64,000 nucleotides of DNA from assembly GCA_044356305.1 (NCBI GenBank), contig JBIKWM010000001.1, positions 259,509 to 323,508 of the forward strand, read 5' to 3'. Both the position numbers and the translations under genes were made by a program. The notes below the pieces were generated by a model. It was not told where the DNA came from. It was given only the letters and a program-made list of their open reading frames with translations, and searched no databases. The stretch comes from Flavobacteriales bacterium. GTDB lineage: Bacteria > Bacteroidota > Bacteroidia > UBA10329. Of this stretch, positions 19,848 to 31,047 are shown in pieces (position 1 is the stretch's first letter; each line of letters starts with the position of its first letter).

Positions 19848-22013
19848 TCACACCCGCACCGCCATCACGCAGATGTCATCCGTCTGGTCGTGGTCGCCTT
19901 TCCAGTTCCTGTGCTCCTTTAGCAGCATCTCGCGCTGGCGCTGTATGGGCTGCTTCGATATGGTCAGTAGCAGGTCGCGGTATCGCTTGGTCATGAACTT
20001 CTTGTTCTCGGGGCCGCCATATTGGTCCTGATACCCATCGGAGTGGAGGTAGATGATGTCGCCCTTCTCCAGTTGAACGGTCTCTTGGCCAAATGCCACC
20101 TCTATCTCATAGAAACCAACGGGGCGCTTGTTGGGCCTGAGCTGAATCACCTCCTCCCCCCTGATGATCCAGAGGGGATTGTTGGCCCCGCAGTAGGTCA
20201 ACATCAGCGTTTCTGTGTCAAGGGCGCACAGGGCTATGTCCATGCCATCGCGCACGGTGCTCTCGTTGTGCTCAAAGGCGTCTTTCAGGTCTTTGGTAAG
20301 TTGCGTGAGCAGGTCTTTGGGTTCGATAAGGTGCAGCTCGTTCAGGGCGCGGTTCAACCCGTTCAGGCCCATCACACTCAGCATGGCGCCCGGCACCCCG
20401 TGACCCGTGCAGTCGCCCACCGCGAAGTAGCTGATGGAGCCCTGCTCCCCTCCTGGCAAGGAGGGCTTGGGGGAGGTTTTTGATTCCATCCAATAGAAAT
20501 CGCCCGACACGATGTCGCGGGGCAGGTAGAGCAGGAACGAATCGCTGAAAAAGTCCTTCACCACCTTGGGCGGGGGCAACACGGCCTCTTGCAGCTTGCG
20601 GGCGTATGCAATACTCTCCAATATCTCGGCATTGCGCCTCTCCACCTCCGTCTTCTGCTGATGTATCAGCGCGTTCTGCGCCTCCACTTCCCTGTTCTTG
20701 GCCCATATCAGGGCGTTGTCGCGTTTCTTTATGGCGTAGCTCCTGTAGCTCACACCGGCCAGCCCGAGCGTCAGCAGCACCCCCACCAACAGCGCGTTGC
20801 GCTGCTGGCTCCTCTGCTTCAGCTGCTCGGCCGCTATCGCATCCTTTTTCTCCTGTTCCACCTTGTTCAGGGCCTCTTGCCGCTCAAATTCATACTTGGT
20901 CTGCTGCTTTATCAGTCCGCGCTGATTCTCGGTGCTCATCAGGCTGTCGCGCATCTCAATGTGCAGCTTGTAGGTCTCCAGCGCCTGCTTGTATCTGCCC
21001 ATGGCCTCGTAGGTCAGGAATAGGTCGTAGCTGATGTTCTTCAGCCTGTTCACCGACCCCGCGTCCTTTACCAGTTCCAGCGCCCGCTCGCCCAGTTCCA
21101 GCGCCTTGGGCAGGTTCCCCTTCATGCGGTATATCACCCCCATGCTGCTCAGGGTCTGGCCCAGCCCCTTCTTGCTGCCCACGCCCTCATACAGCGGCAC
21201 CGCCTGTTCCATGTAGCGCATGGCCCCGTCCAGGTCGCCCTTGTCCTGCAGCACCAGCCCGATGTTCGATAGCGACCCGGCCATGCCGTGGCGGTCGTCC
21301 ACCTCGGTCTGCATCGCCAGCGACTTCTCGTACGTGTGTATCGCCCCGTCCAGGTCGTTCCAGTTGTGCAGTATGTTGCCTATGTTCATGTACGTTATCC
21401 CCAACCTGAACTTGTCATCGGTCTTCTCCAATATCCGCAGCGCCTTGTTGTAGCTGTCATAGGCGGCCGAGTCGTCCTTTTGGGTCAGGTGCATGTTGCC
21501 TATGTTCACAAACCCCGATGCCACCCCTATCAGGTTGCCCGCCTTTTCGCATATCTCCATGCTGCGGGTCATAAAGTCAATGGCCTTGGTGTGGTCGCCC
21601 TGCGTCTGGTATATGTTGCCTATCGATGTCAGCGAGGCCGATATGTCATCGCTGTTGCCCAGCTTCTCGCGTATTGCCAGTCCCGCCTCGTGCGCCTTCA
21701 GGGCCTCGGCCGTGCGGTTCAGCTTGCTCAGGGCCTCGCCCTTGCCATACAGCAATATGCCCCGCCTGCGTTCCATGTCCTGCTTGCCCATCATCTCCAG
21801 GCCCAGCTGCGCATAGTGCAGCGCACTGTCGGGCCGGTTCCTCAGGTGCACATACAGGCACAGGTGACTGGCCGCCCGTATCCGCGTGGAGTCTGGCAAT
21901 CTGCTGTCCTTAAGTACCGCCAGCAGCGAGTCCCCGTTCATCTGCTGGCCTACGGCCCCGCCCACAGGCATCAGGAGCGTCAGCGTGAGCAAAAGGCGGG
22001 CAGGGAGTCGCAT
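19848..22013 (-). CDS. TPR-repeat, single-TM PP2C/SpoIIE-type phosphatase (paralog 1)
   Basis: SGDFYW, VGDCTGHGVPGAMLS, DGMDIALC, SDGYQDQ and DDICVMAVRV. The signal peptide starts at ATG 22013. Confidence 0.85.
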   Translation of the reverse strand: MRLPARLLLTLTLLMPVGGAVGQQMNGDSLLAVLKDSRLPDSTRIRAASHLCLYVHLRNRPDSALHYAQLGLEMMGKQDMERRRGILLYGKGEALSKLNRTAEALKAHEAGLAIREKLGNSDDISASLTSIGNIYQTQGDHTKAIDFMTRSMEICEKAGNLIGVASGFVNIGNMHLTQKDDSAAYDSYNKALRILEKTDDKFRLGITYMNIGNILHNWNDLDGAIHTYEKSLAMQTEVDDRHGMAGSLSNIGLVLQDKGDLDGAMRYMEQAVPLYEGVGSKKGLGQTLSSMGVIYRMKGNLPKALELGERALELVKDAGSVNRLKNISYDLFLTYEAMGRYKQALETYKLHIEMRDSLMSTENQRGLIKQQTKYEFERQEALNKVEQEKKDAIAAEQLKQRSQQRNALLVGVLLTLGLAGVSYRSYAIKKRDNALIWAKNREVEAQNALIHQQKTEVERRNAEILESIAYARKLQEAVLPPPKVVKDFFSDSFLLYLPRDIVSGDFYWMESKTSPKPSLPGGEQGSISYFAVGDCTGHGVPGAMLSVMGLNGLNRALNELHLIEPKDLLTQLTKDLKDAFEHNESTVRDGMDIALCALDTETLMLTYCGANNPLWIIRGEEVIQLRPNKRPVGFYEIEVAFGQETVQLEKGDIIYLHSDGYQDQYGGPENKKFMTKRYRDLLLTISKQPIQRQREMLLKEHRNWKGDHDQTDDICVMAVRV

Positions 22014-22059
22014 GCGGATCAGTATCTGGTTGCAATTAACGGAAAAAGACGGCACGTCA

Positions 22060-24246
22060 TCAGGACACCCTCACCGCCATCACGCACATATCGTCTGTCT
22101 GCTGCCCTTCTCCTTTCCAGGCATTGTGTATGGCCAGCAGGCGGTTGCGCTGTTCGGGCATGGGCAGGTGGGCTATCTCCAGCAGCAGCTCCCTGAATTT
22201 TCTGCGCATCAGTTTCTTGCCCTCGGGGCCACCCATCTGGTCGGCATAGCCGTCACTGAACAGATATACCACATCTCCGGGTTCCAGCGTCATGCGCTGT
22301 TGCGTGAACGCCACCAGGGCGCCATCGTTGTGGCCCACCGCCTTGCGGTCGGCCTTCAGCAGCAGCATCTCCTTTCCGCGGGCCACCCACAGGGGGCTGT
22401 TGGCCCCGGCATACACCAGTTCGCGGGTGTTCAGGTCAAGCGTACAGAGGGCTATGTCCATGCCATCGCGCACCGTGGCATCGCTCCGCTCAAAAGCCGA
22501 TTGGAACTCAATGGTCAGGTGCATCAGCAGGTCGCGCGGTTGGGCAATGTTCAGGTCGTTCAGACCACGGTTCAGGCCGTTCAGCCCTATCACGCTCAGC
22601 ATGGCGCCAGGCACCCCGTGGCCGGTGCAGTCGCCCACCGCAAAGTAGCTCTTACCGTTGCGGCTCTCCATCCAATAGAAGTCTCCGCTCACAATGTCGC
22701 GCGGCAGGTAGAACAGAAACGAGTCGGTGAAGAACTCGCGCACCAGCTTGGGCGGGGGCAGTACCGCCTCCTGTAGCCTGCGGGCATATATAATGCTCTC
22801 CATCACCTCGTGGTTCTTCTTCTCCACCAGTTCCTTCTGTCGGGTGATGAGGGCGTTCTTCTTGCGGTTCCGGTCCAAGCTGTAATAGATGCCTCCCACC
22901 AGCGCCAGTGCCAGTATGAATCCGCCCACAAACACATTCTTGATGATCTTCTGCCGGCCCAGCTCCTTTTCGTTCAGCTCCTTGTCAAGGCTGAGCAGCT
23001 TTATCTCGCTGGTCTTCTTCTCGGCCTCGTAGCGCTGCTCCATCTCGGCTATGGCATTAACGTTCTGCTCGTTTATCAGGCTGTCGCGGTAATCAAGATA
23101 ATAGAGCAGGTAATCGAACGCGGCCCGGTAGTCGCCCTTGCGCTCGGCCGCAAATGCCAGCGAGTTGTACGCCTCGCTCAGGAACAGCGTGCGCTTGTAG
23201 TTCGATTGTTCCGAAAGGCGCAGGGCCTCGTTCAGCAGCTCAAAGGCCTTGTCGTGTTCGCCCTTTTTCGAGTGCAGGTTGCCCAGTAGGCGCGTCAGGA
23301 ATATCTCGCTGCTGCGGTCACCGGTGCGCAGCATGATGCTCTGGGCCCTGTAGGCTAGGGCGATGGCCTTGGTGTAGTCCTTCCGGTTCTTCCAGTGGTG
23401 CGCAGCGTTGCATATCACCTGTATCTGTAGGTCGCTGCTACCATTGGCCTCGGCCAGGGCCACGGCCTGTTCCAGATATTCCTGCGCCTTCAGGGGCTGG
23501 CCCAGGTGTTCGTACACATCAGAGGCCAGGTCGTATGCCTCGCACATCACCACAGTGTCGTTCAGGCTCCGGCCCAGTGCCAGCATTTCCTCGTAGTAGC
23601 CAAGGGCACGGCTGTCGTTGTTGGTGCGTTTGAACACCGACCCGATGTAATGCAGCAGGTGCGCGTAGTCGGCATTGCGTATACCGGCCCCGTCAAAATC
23701 CTTCTGCGCACCCAGGTACCAGTCCATGGCCGCCTTGTAGTCGCCCTGCTCATATACGGCCCGGCCGCGGTCGCGCTTTAGTAGACCCGATATGGCCGGT
23801 GAAGGACCGCCCAGGGCGTTAAGGCCCGAGTCGAGGTGCGCCACCATGATGGTGCGCTGGCCGCGGTCGGCCGCGTAGGATGCCAGAATATGATGAAAGC
23901 GGGCCTCCCAGTCATCAGCCTTCAGCGTCCGGGCCAGGATCAGACCGAGCCTTGCGGCACGCACCTTGGTGCCGTTGACTCTGCTGCCCGATGTGGCAAG
24001 GGCGTGGAACATGCGCAGCTTGAAGCGGTCATCGGGCAGGGGTCCAAGCGTGGTAAGCAGGCGCTCCTGAGCCGTTGCAGAACGCACCGTATCGTTCCGC
24101 GGCAGGGCCCTCATCTCGGCAACCAGGGCAAGAACCGAAGTGCTATCGGGAGCGGTGTCGTCCGCAGCGGCCATGGCAAGGGGGATCCACATCACCATGA
24201 ATGCCCCCACGACAAAAGCAGAGATGCGCGTAGTGATGAGGTTCAT
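22060..24246 (-). CDS. TPR-repeat, single-TM PP2C/SpoIIE-type phosphatase (paralog 2)
   Basis: Same architecture and motifs as paralog 1 (SGDFYW, VGDCTGHGVPGAMLS, DDMCVMAVRV). The start could be 24246 or 24273. Confidence 0.85.
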   Translation of the reverse strand: MNLITTRISAFVVGAFMVMWIPLAMAAADDTAPDSTSVLALVAEMRALPRNDTVRSATAQERLLTTLGPLPDDRFKLRMFHALATSGSRVNGTKVRAARLGLILARTLKADDWEARFHHILASYAADRGQRTIMVAHLDSGLNALGGPSPAISGLLKRDRGRAVYEQGDYKAAMDWYLGAQKDFDGAGIRNADYAHLLHYIGSVFKRTNNDSRALGYYEEMLALGRSLNDTVVMCEAYDLASDVYEHLGQPLKAQEYLEQAVALAEANGSSDLQIQVICNAAHHWKNRKDYTKAIALAYRAQSIMLRTGDRSSEIFLTRLLGNLHSKKGEHDKAFELLNEALRLSEQSNYKRTLFLSEAYNSLAFAAERKGDYRAAFDYLLYYLDYRDSLINEQNVNAIAEMEQRYEAEKKTSEIKLLSLDKELNEKELGRQKIIKNVFVGGFILALALVGGIYYSLDRNRKKNALITRQKELVEKKNHEVMESIIYARRLQEAVLPPPKLVREFFTDSFLFYLPRDIVSGDFYWMESRNGKSYFAVGDCTGHGVPGAMLSVIGLNGLNRGLNDLNIAQPRDLLMHLTIEFQSAFERSDATVRDGMDIALCTLDLNTRELVYAGANSPLWVARGKEMLLLKADRKAVGHNDGALVAFTQQRMTLEPGDVVYLFSDGYADQMGGPEGKKLMRRKFRELLLEIAHLPMPEQRNRLLAIHNAWKGEGQQTDDMCVMAVRVS

Positions 24247-24330
24247 GGGTTCGGTGGCGCTAAGGCCCGTCAAAGAAAAGTAGCCGGGCCCATGAAATAT
24301 GCATTGATCGTTGAATGACGCCCCACCGGC

Positions 24331-26568
24331 TCACACCCTCACCCCCACGATGCACACATCATCGGTCTGGTCAAAGTCGCCTTTCCAGCGGCTGAACTCG
24401 TGGAGGAGGAAATCGCGCTGCTCGTGCATGGACTTTTCAGAAAGGGTCACGATGAGGTCGCGCAGGCGTTTGGTGAGGTATTTCTTGCCCTGTGTGCCGC
24501 CCTGCTGGTCGGGGTAACCATCGCTCATAAGGTAGATGCGGTCTCCAGCAAGTAGGGCGAACTCTTCTTGCGCGAAGGCTACATCGCCCTCGTGGTGACC
24601 AACGGGCCTGCGTGCCGGACGAAGAACGTGCGCCTCACCGCTGCGCACCACCAGGGCCGCGCTGTTGGCCCCGGCATAGGTGAGGGTCATGCTGTGGCGG
24701 TCAATGCGGCACAGCGCCATGTCCATGCCATCGCGCACGGTGTGGGCCGAGCCCTCGAAGGCCACGAGCAGATCGAGGGTCATCTGTTGCAGCACATCCT
24801 TGGGACGGGTCAGACCCATGTCATTCACGCAGCGGTTCAGGCTGTTTAGGCCCATCACGCTGAGCATGGCACCCGGCACCCCGTGGCCGGTGCAGTCACC
24901 AACGGCCAGCCAGGTGGCACCGCTTTGCTGCGCGGTCCAGTGGAAATCTCCGCTCACCACATCGCGTGGCAGGTAGATGAGGAACGACTCGGGGAATGCC
25001 GCAGCCAGGGCCCCCGAGGGCGGCAGCACAGCCTCCTGCAGCCTGCGGGCATACTCGAAGCTGTGCATGATGTCGGTGTTGCGGGCGTCCACCACGGCCT
25101 TCTGCCGCTCTACCTCCTGTTTCTGTGCGGTGATTATGGCGTTGTCCCTGCGCTTGATGCGGTAGCTGTTGAACCCCAGGCCCGCCAGCCCGAGCATGAG
25201 CACCAGGCCTATGATCAGGCCGTTGCGCTCCTGCTGCCTGCCTTTGAGCTGCTCGGCCGCCAGGGCGTCCTTTTTATCCTGTTCGGCTGCAAGGAGGGCC
25301 TCTTTCTTGTCAAAGTCATATTGGAACTGCTGGCGCATCACCTCCTGCTGGCTTTCCACACTCTCCAGGCTGTCAGTCATCTGGCGCTGAAGTTGGAACA
25401 TCTCCAGGGCCATGCGGTGATTGCCACTGGCCGCATAGGTCTCGTACAGCATGTTCGCCACATCTTTCTGCAGGCCCACATTGCCCACCTCGCGGGCCAC
25501 GGCCATGGCGCGATTGCCGTACTCGATGGCTTTGGGGTACTCTTTGCGTAGCAGATGGTAGTTGCCCATGTTGTTCCACACCGCCCCGAGGCCAAGGCGG
25601 TCATTTATTGCCTCGCGAATGGCCATCGACCGCTCGAAGCAGATGCGGGCAGAGTCGAGCTTGCCCATATCGGCATAGATGCTGCCCACACTGTTGAGGC
25701 TCATGGCCAGGCCCTGACGGTCGTTCATGGCCGAGTCGAGGGCCATGCTCTGCCGCAGCATGGCCAGTCCGCGGGGATAGTCGCCCATATCGGCATAGAT
25801 GTTCCCCTGATTGCCAATGCCGTTGCTCATTGAGCGGGTGTCGCCTGCCTCGCGGGCCGCCTGCACAGCCTTGGCGTAATACTCGAGGGCCTTCGGCAGG
25901 TCGTTCTGCCAATAGTAGATGTTGCCGATGTTGGTGAGGCACGAGGCCATGCCTTTTTTATGTCCCGACTGCTCCCGTAGCCGCAAGCTGCGGGTAAAGA
26001 CTTCAATGGCCACAGGGAAATTGCCCTGCTCGAAGTGAAACGTGCCGAGGTTGTTAAGCGCTCCGGCCTCATTGTCCTTATTGCCCAACTGCCTGAATAT
26101 GTCGATGGCCACATTGTAGTGCTTGGCGGCCTCGGTAAGGTTGCCATGATCATGGTAGGCCATGCCCAGGTTGTTGTGGGCTTTTCCTTCCCCGGCCCGG
26201 TCGCCCAGTGCCTTGCGCATGTTGATGCATTCAGTGAATGCCCGCACGGCCCCATCCAGGTCGCCATTGCCGTTGAGCACCGATCCGCGTGTGCGCAGGG
26301 CATCGGCCATCACCGCGCGGTTGCCGGTCTTCTTAGCCAGGTCATACTGTAACTGGCACAGCTGCAGGGCGGTGTCGGGGCTGGTGTACTGATAGGCCTC
26401 CCAGGCGAGGGTCTCAGCCGCCTGTAACCGAAGAGTGTCGTGCAGACGGGTGTTGCGCCATGCGCGCCAGAGCGAATCAGTGGTGGGGCGGGGCAGTTCG
26501 CTCTGGGCGCATGCGCCCGTGCCGAGCCATGAAAGAGCCACGATAAGTATGCCCGATAGGTGACGCAT
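24331..26568 (-). CDS. TPR-repeat, single-TM PP2C/SpoIIE-type phosphatase (paralog 3)
   Basis: Same architecture (SGDFHW, VGDCTGHGVPGAMLS, DDVCIVGVRV). Confidence 0.85.
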   Translation of the reverse strand: MRHLSGILIVALSWLGTGACAQSELPRPTTDSLWRAWRNTRLHDTLRLQAAETLAWEAYQYTSPDTALQLCQLQYDLAKKTGNRAVMADALRTRGSVLNGNGDLDGAVRAFTECINMRKALGDRAGEGKAHNNLGMAYHDHGNLTEAAKHYNVAIDIFRQLGNKDNEAGALNNLGTFHFEQGNFPVAIEVFTRSLRLREQSGHKKGMASCLTNIGNIYYWQNDLPKALEYYAKAVQAAREAGDTRSMSNGIGNQGNIYADMGDYPRGLAMLRQSMALDSAMNDRQGLAMSLNSVGSIYADMGKLDSARICFERSMAIREAINDRLGLGAVWNNMGNYHLLRKEYPKAIEYGNRAMAVAREVGNVGLQKDVANMLYETYAASGNHRMALEMFQLQRQMTDSLESVESQQEVMRQQFQYDFDKKEALLAAEQDKKDALAAEQLKGRQQERNGLIIGLVLMLGLAGLGFNSYRIKRRDNAIITAQKQEVERQKAVVDARNTDIMHSFEYARRLQEAVLPPSGALAAAFPESFLIYLPRDVVSGDFHWTAQQSGATWLAVGDCTGHGVPGAMLSVMGLNSLNRCVNDMGLTRPKDVLQQMTLDLLVAFEGSAHTVRDGMDMALCRIDRHSMTLTYAGANSAALVVRSGEAHVLRPARRPVGHHEGDVAFAQEEFALLAGDRIYLMSDGYPDQQGGTQGKKYLTKRLRDLIVTLSEKSMHEQRDFLLHEFSRWKGDFDQTDDVCIVGVRV

Positions 26569-26595
26569 GGGCCGCCAAGGTAAGGGCGGAGAGTC

Positions 26596-26631
26596 AAAGG
26601 GTCGGGGGCTCAGGAGGGCGAACGACCCTTT
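26596..26631 (-). terminator. hairpin downstream of the AI-2E transporter gene
   Basis: AAAGGGTCG / CGACCCTTT forms a 9-bp stem with an 18-nt loop. The T-tract is weak. Confidence 0.3.
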
Positions 26632-26725
26632 AGTGATTAATCTGTTTTGGTTAATAGAACTCGACTGGGGTGACAGCGACTCAGTATATCCTGCCGTCCG
26701 TAAGAATTGACCTTCTCTTTGGATA

Positions 26726-27808
26726 TCAATGCTCCGGTTCTACGTTCCCTCTCACTACAGGCCCGAACTCGCTGATGAGAATGCGCAGGGTGCCATAGAC
26801 AGGTATGCCCACGATCATGCCCGAAAGCCCGGCAAGGTTACCCGCAATGAGAATGACGAGGAACACCTCCAATGGGTGGGCCTGCACGCTGCGTGCATAG
26901 ATCAGCGGCTGTAGGATCATGTTGTCGATGAACTGTGAGATGCCATATACCGAACCGACTTTGATCAGCATCCATATGAGCTGATCAGGGGTGGCCAAAC
27001 CGGGCGAAGTGAAAGCCACGGCCAGGCCGAGTGCAGCGGCCATGAGCGGGCCGACATAAGGGATGATGTTAAGCACACCGGCTATGAACCCCAGCAGAAG
27101 CCAGCCATCAATTCCCATAATGGCCAACCCGAGGCTGACGAGTAGCATGACGATGAATGCTTCGGCCAGCAGACCCATCACATACCTCCTCTGCAGTTCA
27201 ACGGCATGAGTCAGACTGTTGCGGATGGGTGCATGATACATGTCAGGGATAATGGACAGCACCGCCTGCCGCACGAGGTGACCATCGCGGATAAGAAAGA
27301 AAGCTATGAAGGTGATAGAGAACGCCCCGATGGCGATTCCACCCGTGAGGCCCAGTAAGGCACCGATGCCCGTGGTGATGCTGCCCACGTTGAGCAGCCC
27401 CTGCAGGTGCGCCATGCCTCGGGCCTCCAAGCTGTGCAGGTCGATGGGCATGTTGTAGCGCTGAGCGAGTTCCCGAAGCTGGTCGAGCGGACCGCGCAGG
27501 AGGTCGACAGAGCGGTCGAGGTCGATATGAGCCAAGGCCTGTGCCTGTGCGAACACCGCTGGTATGATGAGGGCCACCACCACACTGAACGTCAGGTAAA
27601 CACTGAGCAATGCTATGGCGGCACAGGCCCCTGCGGGCAGCTTGCGTCCTTTGACATTGAACTGCGCCACAGCCCGCGAAACGGGCCGGGCCAGCAATGT
27701 GACCATGGCCGCGAGCAGCACATAGGCCACCACATCGGGCAGGAACCAGATGGCGAGACCGACAAGGCCCGCCCCCACTGCCACTCCTACCCAAGGGTTC
27801 TGTCTCAT
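26726..27808 (-). CDS. AI-2E family transporter (PerM-like permease)
   Basis: 360 aa polytopic membrane protein. The conserved NIIPYVGP motif is present. Confidence 0.8.
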   Translation of the reverse strand: MRQNPWVGVAVGAGLVGLAIWFLPDVVAYVLLAAMVTLLARPVSRAVAQFNVKGRKLPAGACAAIALLSVYLTFSVVVALIIPAVFAQAQALAHIDLDRSVDLLRGPLDQLRELAQRYNMPIDLHSLEARGMAHLQGLLNVGSITTGIGALLGLTGGIAIGAFSITFIAFFLIRDGHLVRQAVLSIIPDMYHAPIRNSLTHAVELQRRYVMGLLAEAFIVMLLVSLGLAIMGIDGWLLLGFIAGVLNIIPYVGPLMAAALGLAVAFTSPGLATPDQLIWMLIKVGSVYGISQFIDNMILQPLIYARSVQAHPLEVFLVILIAGNLAGLSGMIVGIPVYGTLRILISEFGPVVRGNVEPEH

Positions 27809-27847
27809 GTCCTGGGCAGGGCTTTTGCCACTGATACGTTATACCCG

Positions 27848-28813
<966 letters not shown>

Positions 28814-28843
28814 GCTCGGTCGTTCCTTTGGTAGCCTGTCGGC

Positions 28844-30193
28844 TCAGTTTATCCAGCGGTTATTAAAATCACAGTCCTTGAACTCATCATCAATACGGAT
28901 AAAGGTCTTGGCGGCTTTCTCGCCCACCCATTCGCCCACCTGACGGTTCTGCTTGTCCATCTCGGCCACTTTCTGAATACGCTGGTAGTCGTCTTTCAAG
29001 TTGGCCCTGTGTGGCTCGGTGCGAGACCGTAGCATGAACAGGCTATACGACTCCTTGTTGTCTGGCGATGTGGTGAGAACGGGCCTCGACAGTTCGCCCA
29101 CTTTCATCCTATCAATAGTGAAAATGAGCTTCTTATCAATATAGCTTAGCAGGTCGGTCTCAAACTTCGTGGTGTTGGTCTGGGGATTGAACATAAGGCC
29201 ACCATTCTGTTTGCTGTTCTCATCGTCACTGAATTTCTCGGCCGCCTTCTCGAAGGTCATTTTTCCTGTGCTGATCAGCTCGTAAACGCTGTCGAGCAGC
29301 AACCTTGAGCGCTCCAGGTCCTCGGCCGAGAGTTTGGCCTGAATCAGAATGTGGCGCACGTTTATCTGGTCGCCCCTGCGCTCAATGAGCTGCATGAAGT
29401 GGAAGCCGTATTCGGTCTCGAACACTTCTGACACCGTATCGCCCCTCAGTTTGAATGCCACCGCATCAAACTCCGGCACCATCATCCCCCGTTCAAAAAA
29501 ACCCAGCTCACCGCCCTTTTTCGCACTTCCGGGGTCAAGAGAGTACATCACTGCGAGGGTCTTGAAACTCTCACCTGCAATCACCCGCCTGCGCAGTTCC
29601 TCGCATTGCTGCCAGGCCTCATCCTTTTGTGCCTTTGTCAGTTGTGGCATCTTCATGATGCGGCCCAGTTCCACCTCTGAGTTGATGTAGGGCAGACTGT
29701 CAGGCGGGATACTCCGGAAATAGGCCCGAACCTCGGATGGGGTCACTTTCACATCGCCCGATACCTTGGCCTCCATCTTCTGGCTCAGGAGTTGGTTCTT
29801 GATCAATGTGCGGAACTCGTCCTTGATCTCCAAGATCGATTTGTCGTAGTATTCCTCCAGTTTCTCGGGGCTGCCCAGCTGATTCACGAAATACTGGATC
29901 CTGCGGTTCATCTCCTCTTCCACCTCGCCCTCGCCCACTTCTACGCTATCCACCTGTGCCTGATGCAAAAGCAGTTTCTGATACATGAGCTGCTCAAACA
30001 CCTCGCAACGGCTACGGTCGCTGGGTGTGTAGCCCTGCGCCAGCATCTGCATGTACTGGTTCTCGAGCTCGCTCTGCATGGCGATGTTGGCCCCCACAAC
30101 GGCAATCACCCTGTCTATGGGTTTGCCTTCCTGAGCCTGTGCGGCAGTGGCAGTGAGAAAGATCAGAAGTAGGATGTTGCGCACTTTGCTCAT
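28844..30193 (-). CDS. SurA-like peptidyl-prolyl isomerase (parvulin domain)
   Basis: Signal peptide, SurA N-domain-like helices, and a parvulin core (VRHILIQ...GGELGFF...GFHFMQL). Confidence 0.8.
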   Translation of the reverse strand: MSKVRNILLLIFLTATAAQAQEGKPIDRVIAVVGANIAMQSELENQYMQMLAQGYTPSDRSRCEVFEQLMYQKLLLHQAQVDSVEVGEGEVEEEMNRRIQYFVNQLGSPEKLEEYYDKSILEIKDEFRTLIKNQLLSQKMEAKVSGDVKVTPSEVRAYFRSIPPDSLPYINSEVELGRIMKMPQLTKAQKDEAWQQCEELRRRVIAGESFKTLAVMYSLDPGSAKKGGELGFFERGMMVPEFDAVAFKLRGDTVSEVFETEYGFHFMQLIERRGDQINVRHILIQAKLSAEDLERSRLLLDSVYELISTGKMTFEKAAEKFSDDENSKQNGGLMFNPQTNTTKFETDLLSYIDKKLIFTIDRMKVGELSRPVLTTSPDNKESYSLFMLRSRTEPHRANLKDDYQRIQKVAEMDKQNRQVGEWVGEKAAKTFIRIDDEFKDCDFNNRWIN

Positions 30194-31047
30194 TGCGGTA
30201 TGATCTCAAACTTGTTCTTGGCCACGGCCTCGTCAAAGATGCCCTTCTCCAATTGCCTGATGAGTTCGAGTTTGCGTTTGTTAAGGATTATGTGGCGGAT
30301 ATTGTCCCGTTCAAATTCAAGTGGGGCCACACTCTTTCCGTACTTGGCCTCGAGCACCTCAATCAGCAGCACTCCGTCCTCCATCTCCAACGCGCTTGAG
30401 CGGTGGGTGTTCAGATATTCGGCATCCAACTGCGGCAGCTTCGGCAACTTGCCCAACAGCTCGTCAACTTTGAGCCATGTCTGGTCATCGAGGTGCATCA
30501 TGAGGGCGCGCTGATTGCACAGGTCTATGAGCATCTGCCGCTCGCCCTCATCGGTGCTGCGCATCCACTTGCGCACCTTATCTGTGTCCCGGTCCTTTTT
30601 GGGCCACTTTATCATGATGGCCCTTACAATGTTCTCGCTCAGTTCAAAGTTCTGGCTGTTCTCCTTGTAATACCGTTCAATGAGGGTGTCGGGCACAATG
30701 GTGTCGAGCTTCTGCCGCACCAGTTCCTCCTGATATGCATAGGTGATCAGAGACCTTCGGTACTCCTCGAGCCTGCGCTCCACATCAAGGGCCTCCTCGC
30801 TCAGGTTGAGCTCAGCCTTTTCCAGCATCAGGTTCTGCACCACCCAGTTGCGGATAATGGCCTGTGCCATGGTGGCACTGTCCTGTGCCGAAGCGGTGGC
30901 GGGGATCATGGCATCGACATCGGCAGCGGCCAGTGTACGGTCGCCCATGCGGGCCACAATGGGCCCACCATCGTGGCCCGACCTGGTGCCACAGGCGGTC
31001 AAAAATGACAAGGCTATGAGGGCCGCCACGGCCCGAGGTGCGGTCAT
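30190..31047 (-). CDS. lipoprotein resembling a SurA N-terminal chaperone domain (no clear parvulin motif)
   Basis: Lipobox LTAC and helical content. It is translationally coupled on both sides within the PPIase gene cluster. Confidence 0.55.
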   Translation of the reverse strand: MTAPRAVAALIALSFLTACGTRSGHDGGPIVARMGDRTLAAADVDAMIPATASAQDSATMAQAIIRNWVVQNLMLEKAELNLSEEALDVERRLEEYRRSLITYAYQEELVRQKLDTIVPDTLIERYYKENSQNFELSENIVRAIMIKWPKKDRDTDKVRKWMRSTDEGERQMLIDLCNQRALMMHLDDQTWLKVDELLGKLPKLPQLDAEYLNTHRSSALEMEDGVLLIEVLEAKYGKSVAPLEFERDNIRHIILNKRKLELIRQLEKGIFDEAVAKNKFEIIPQ

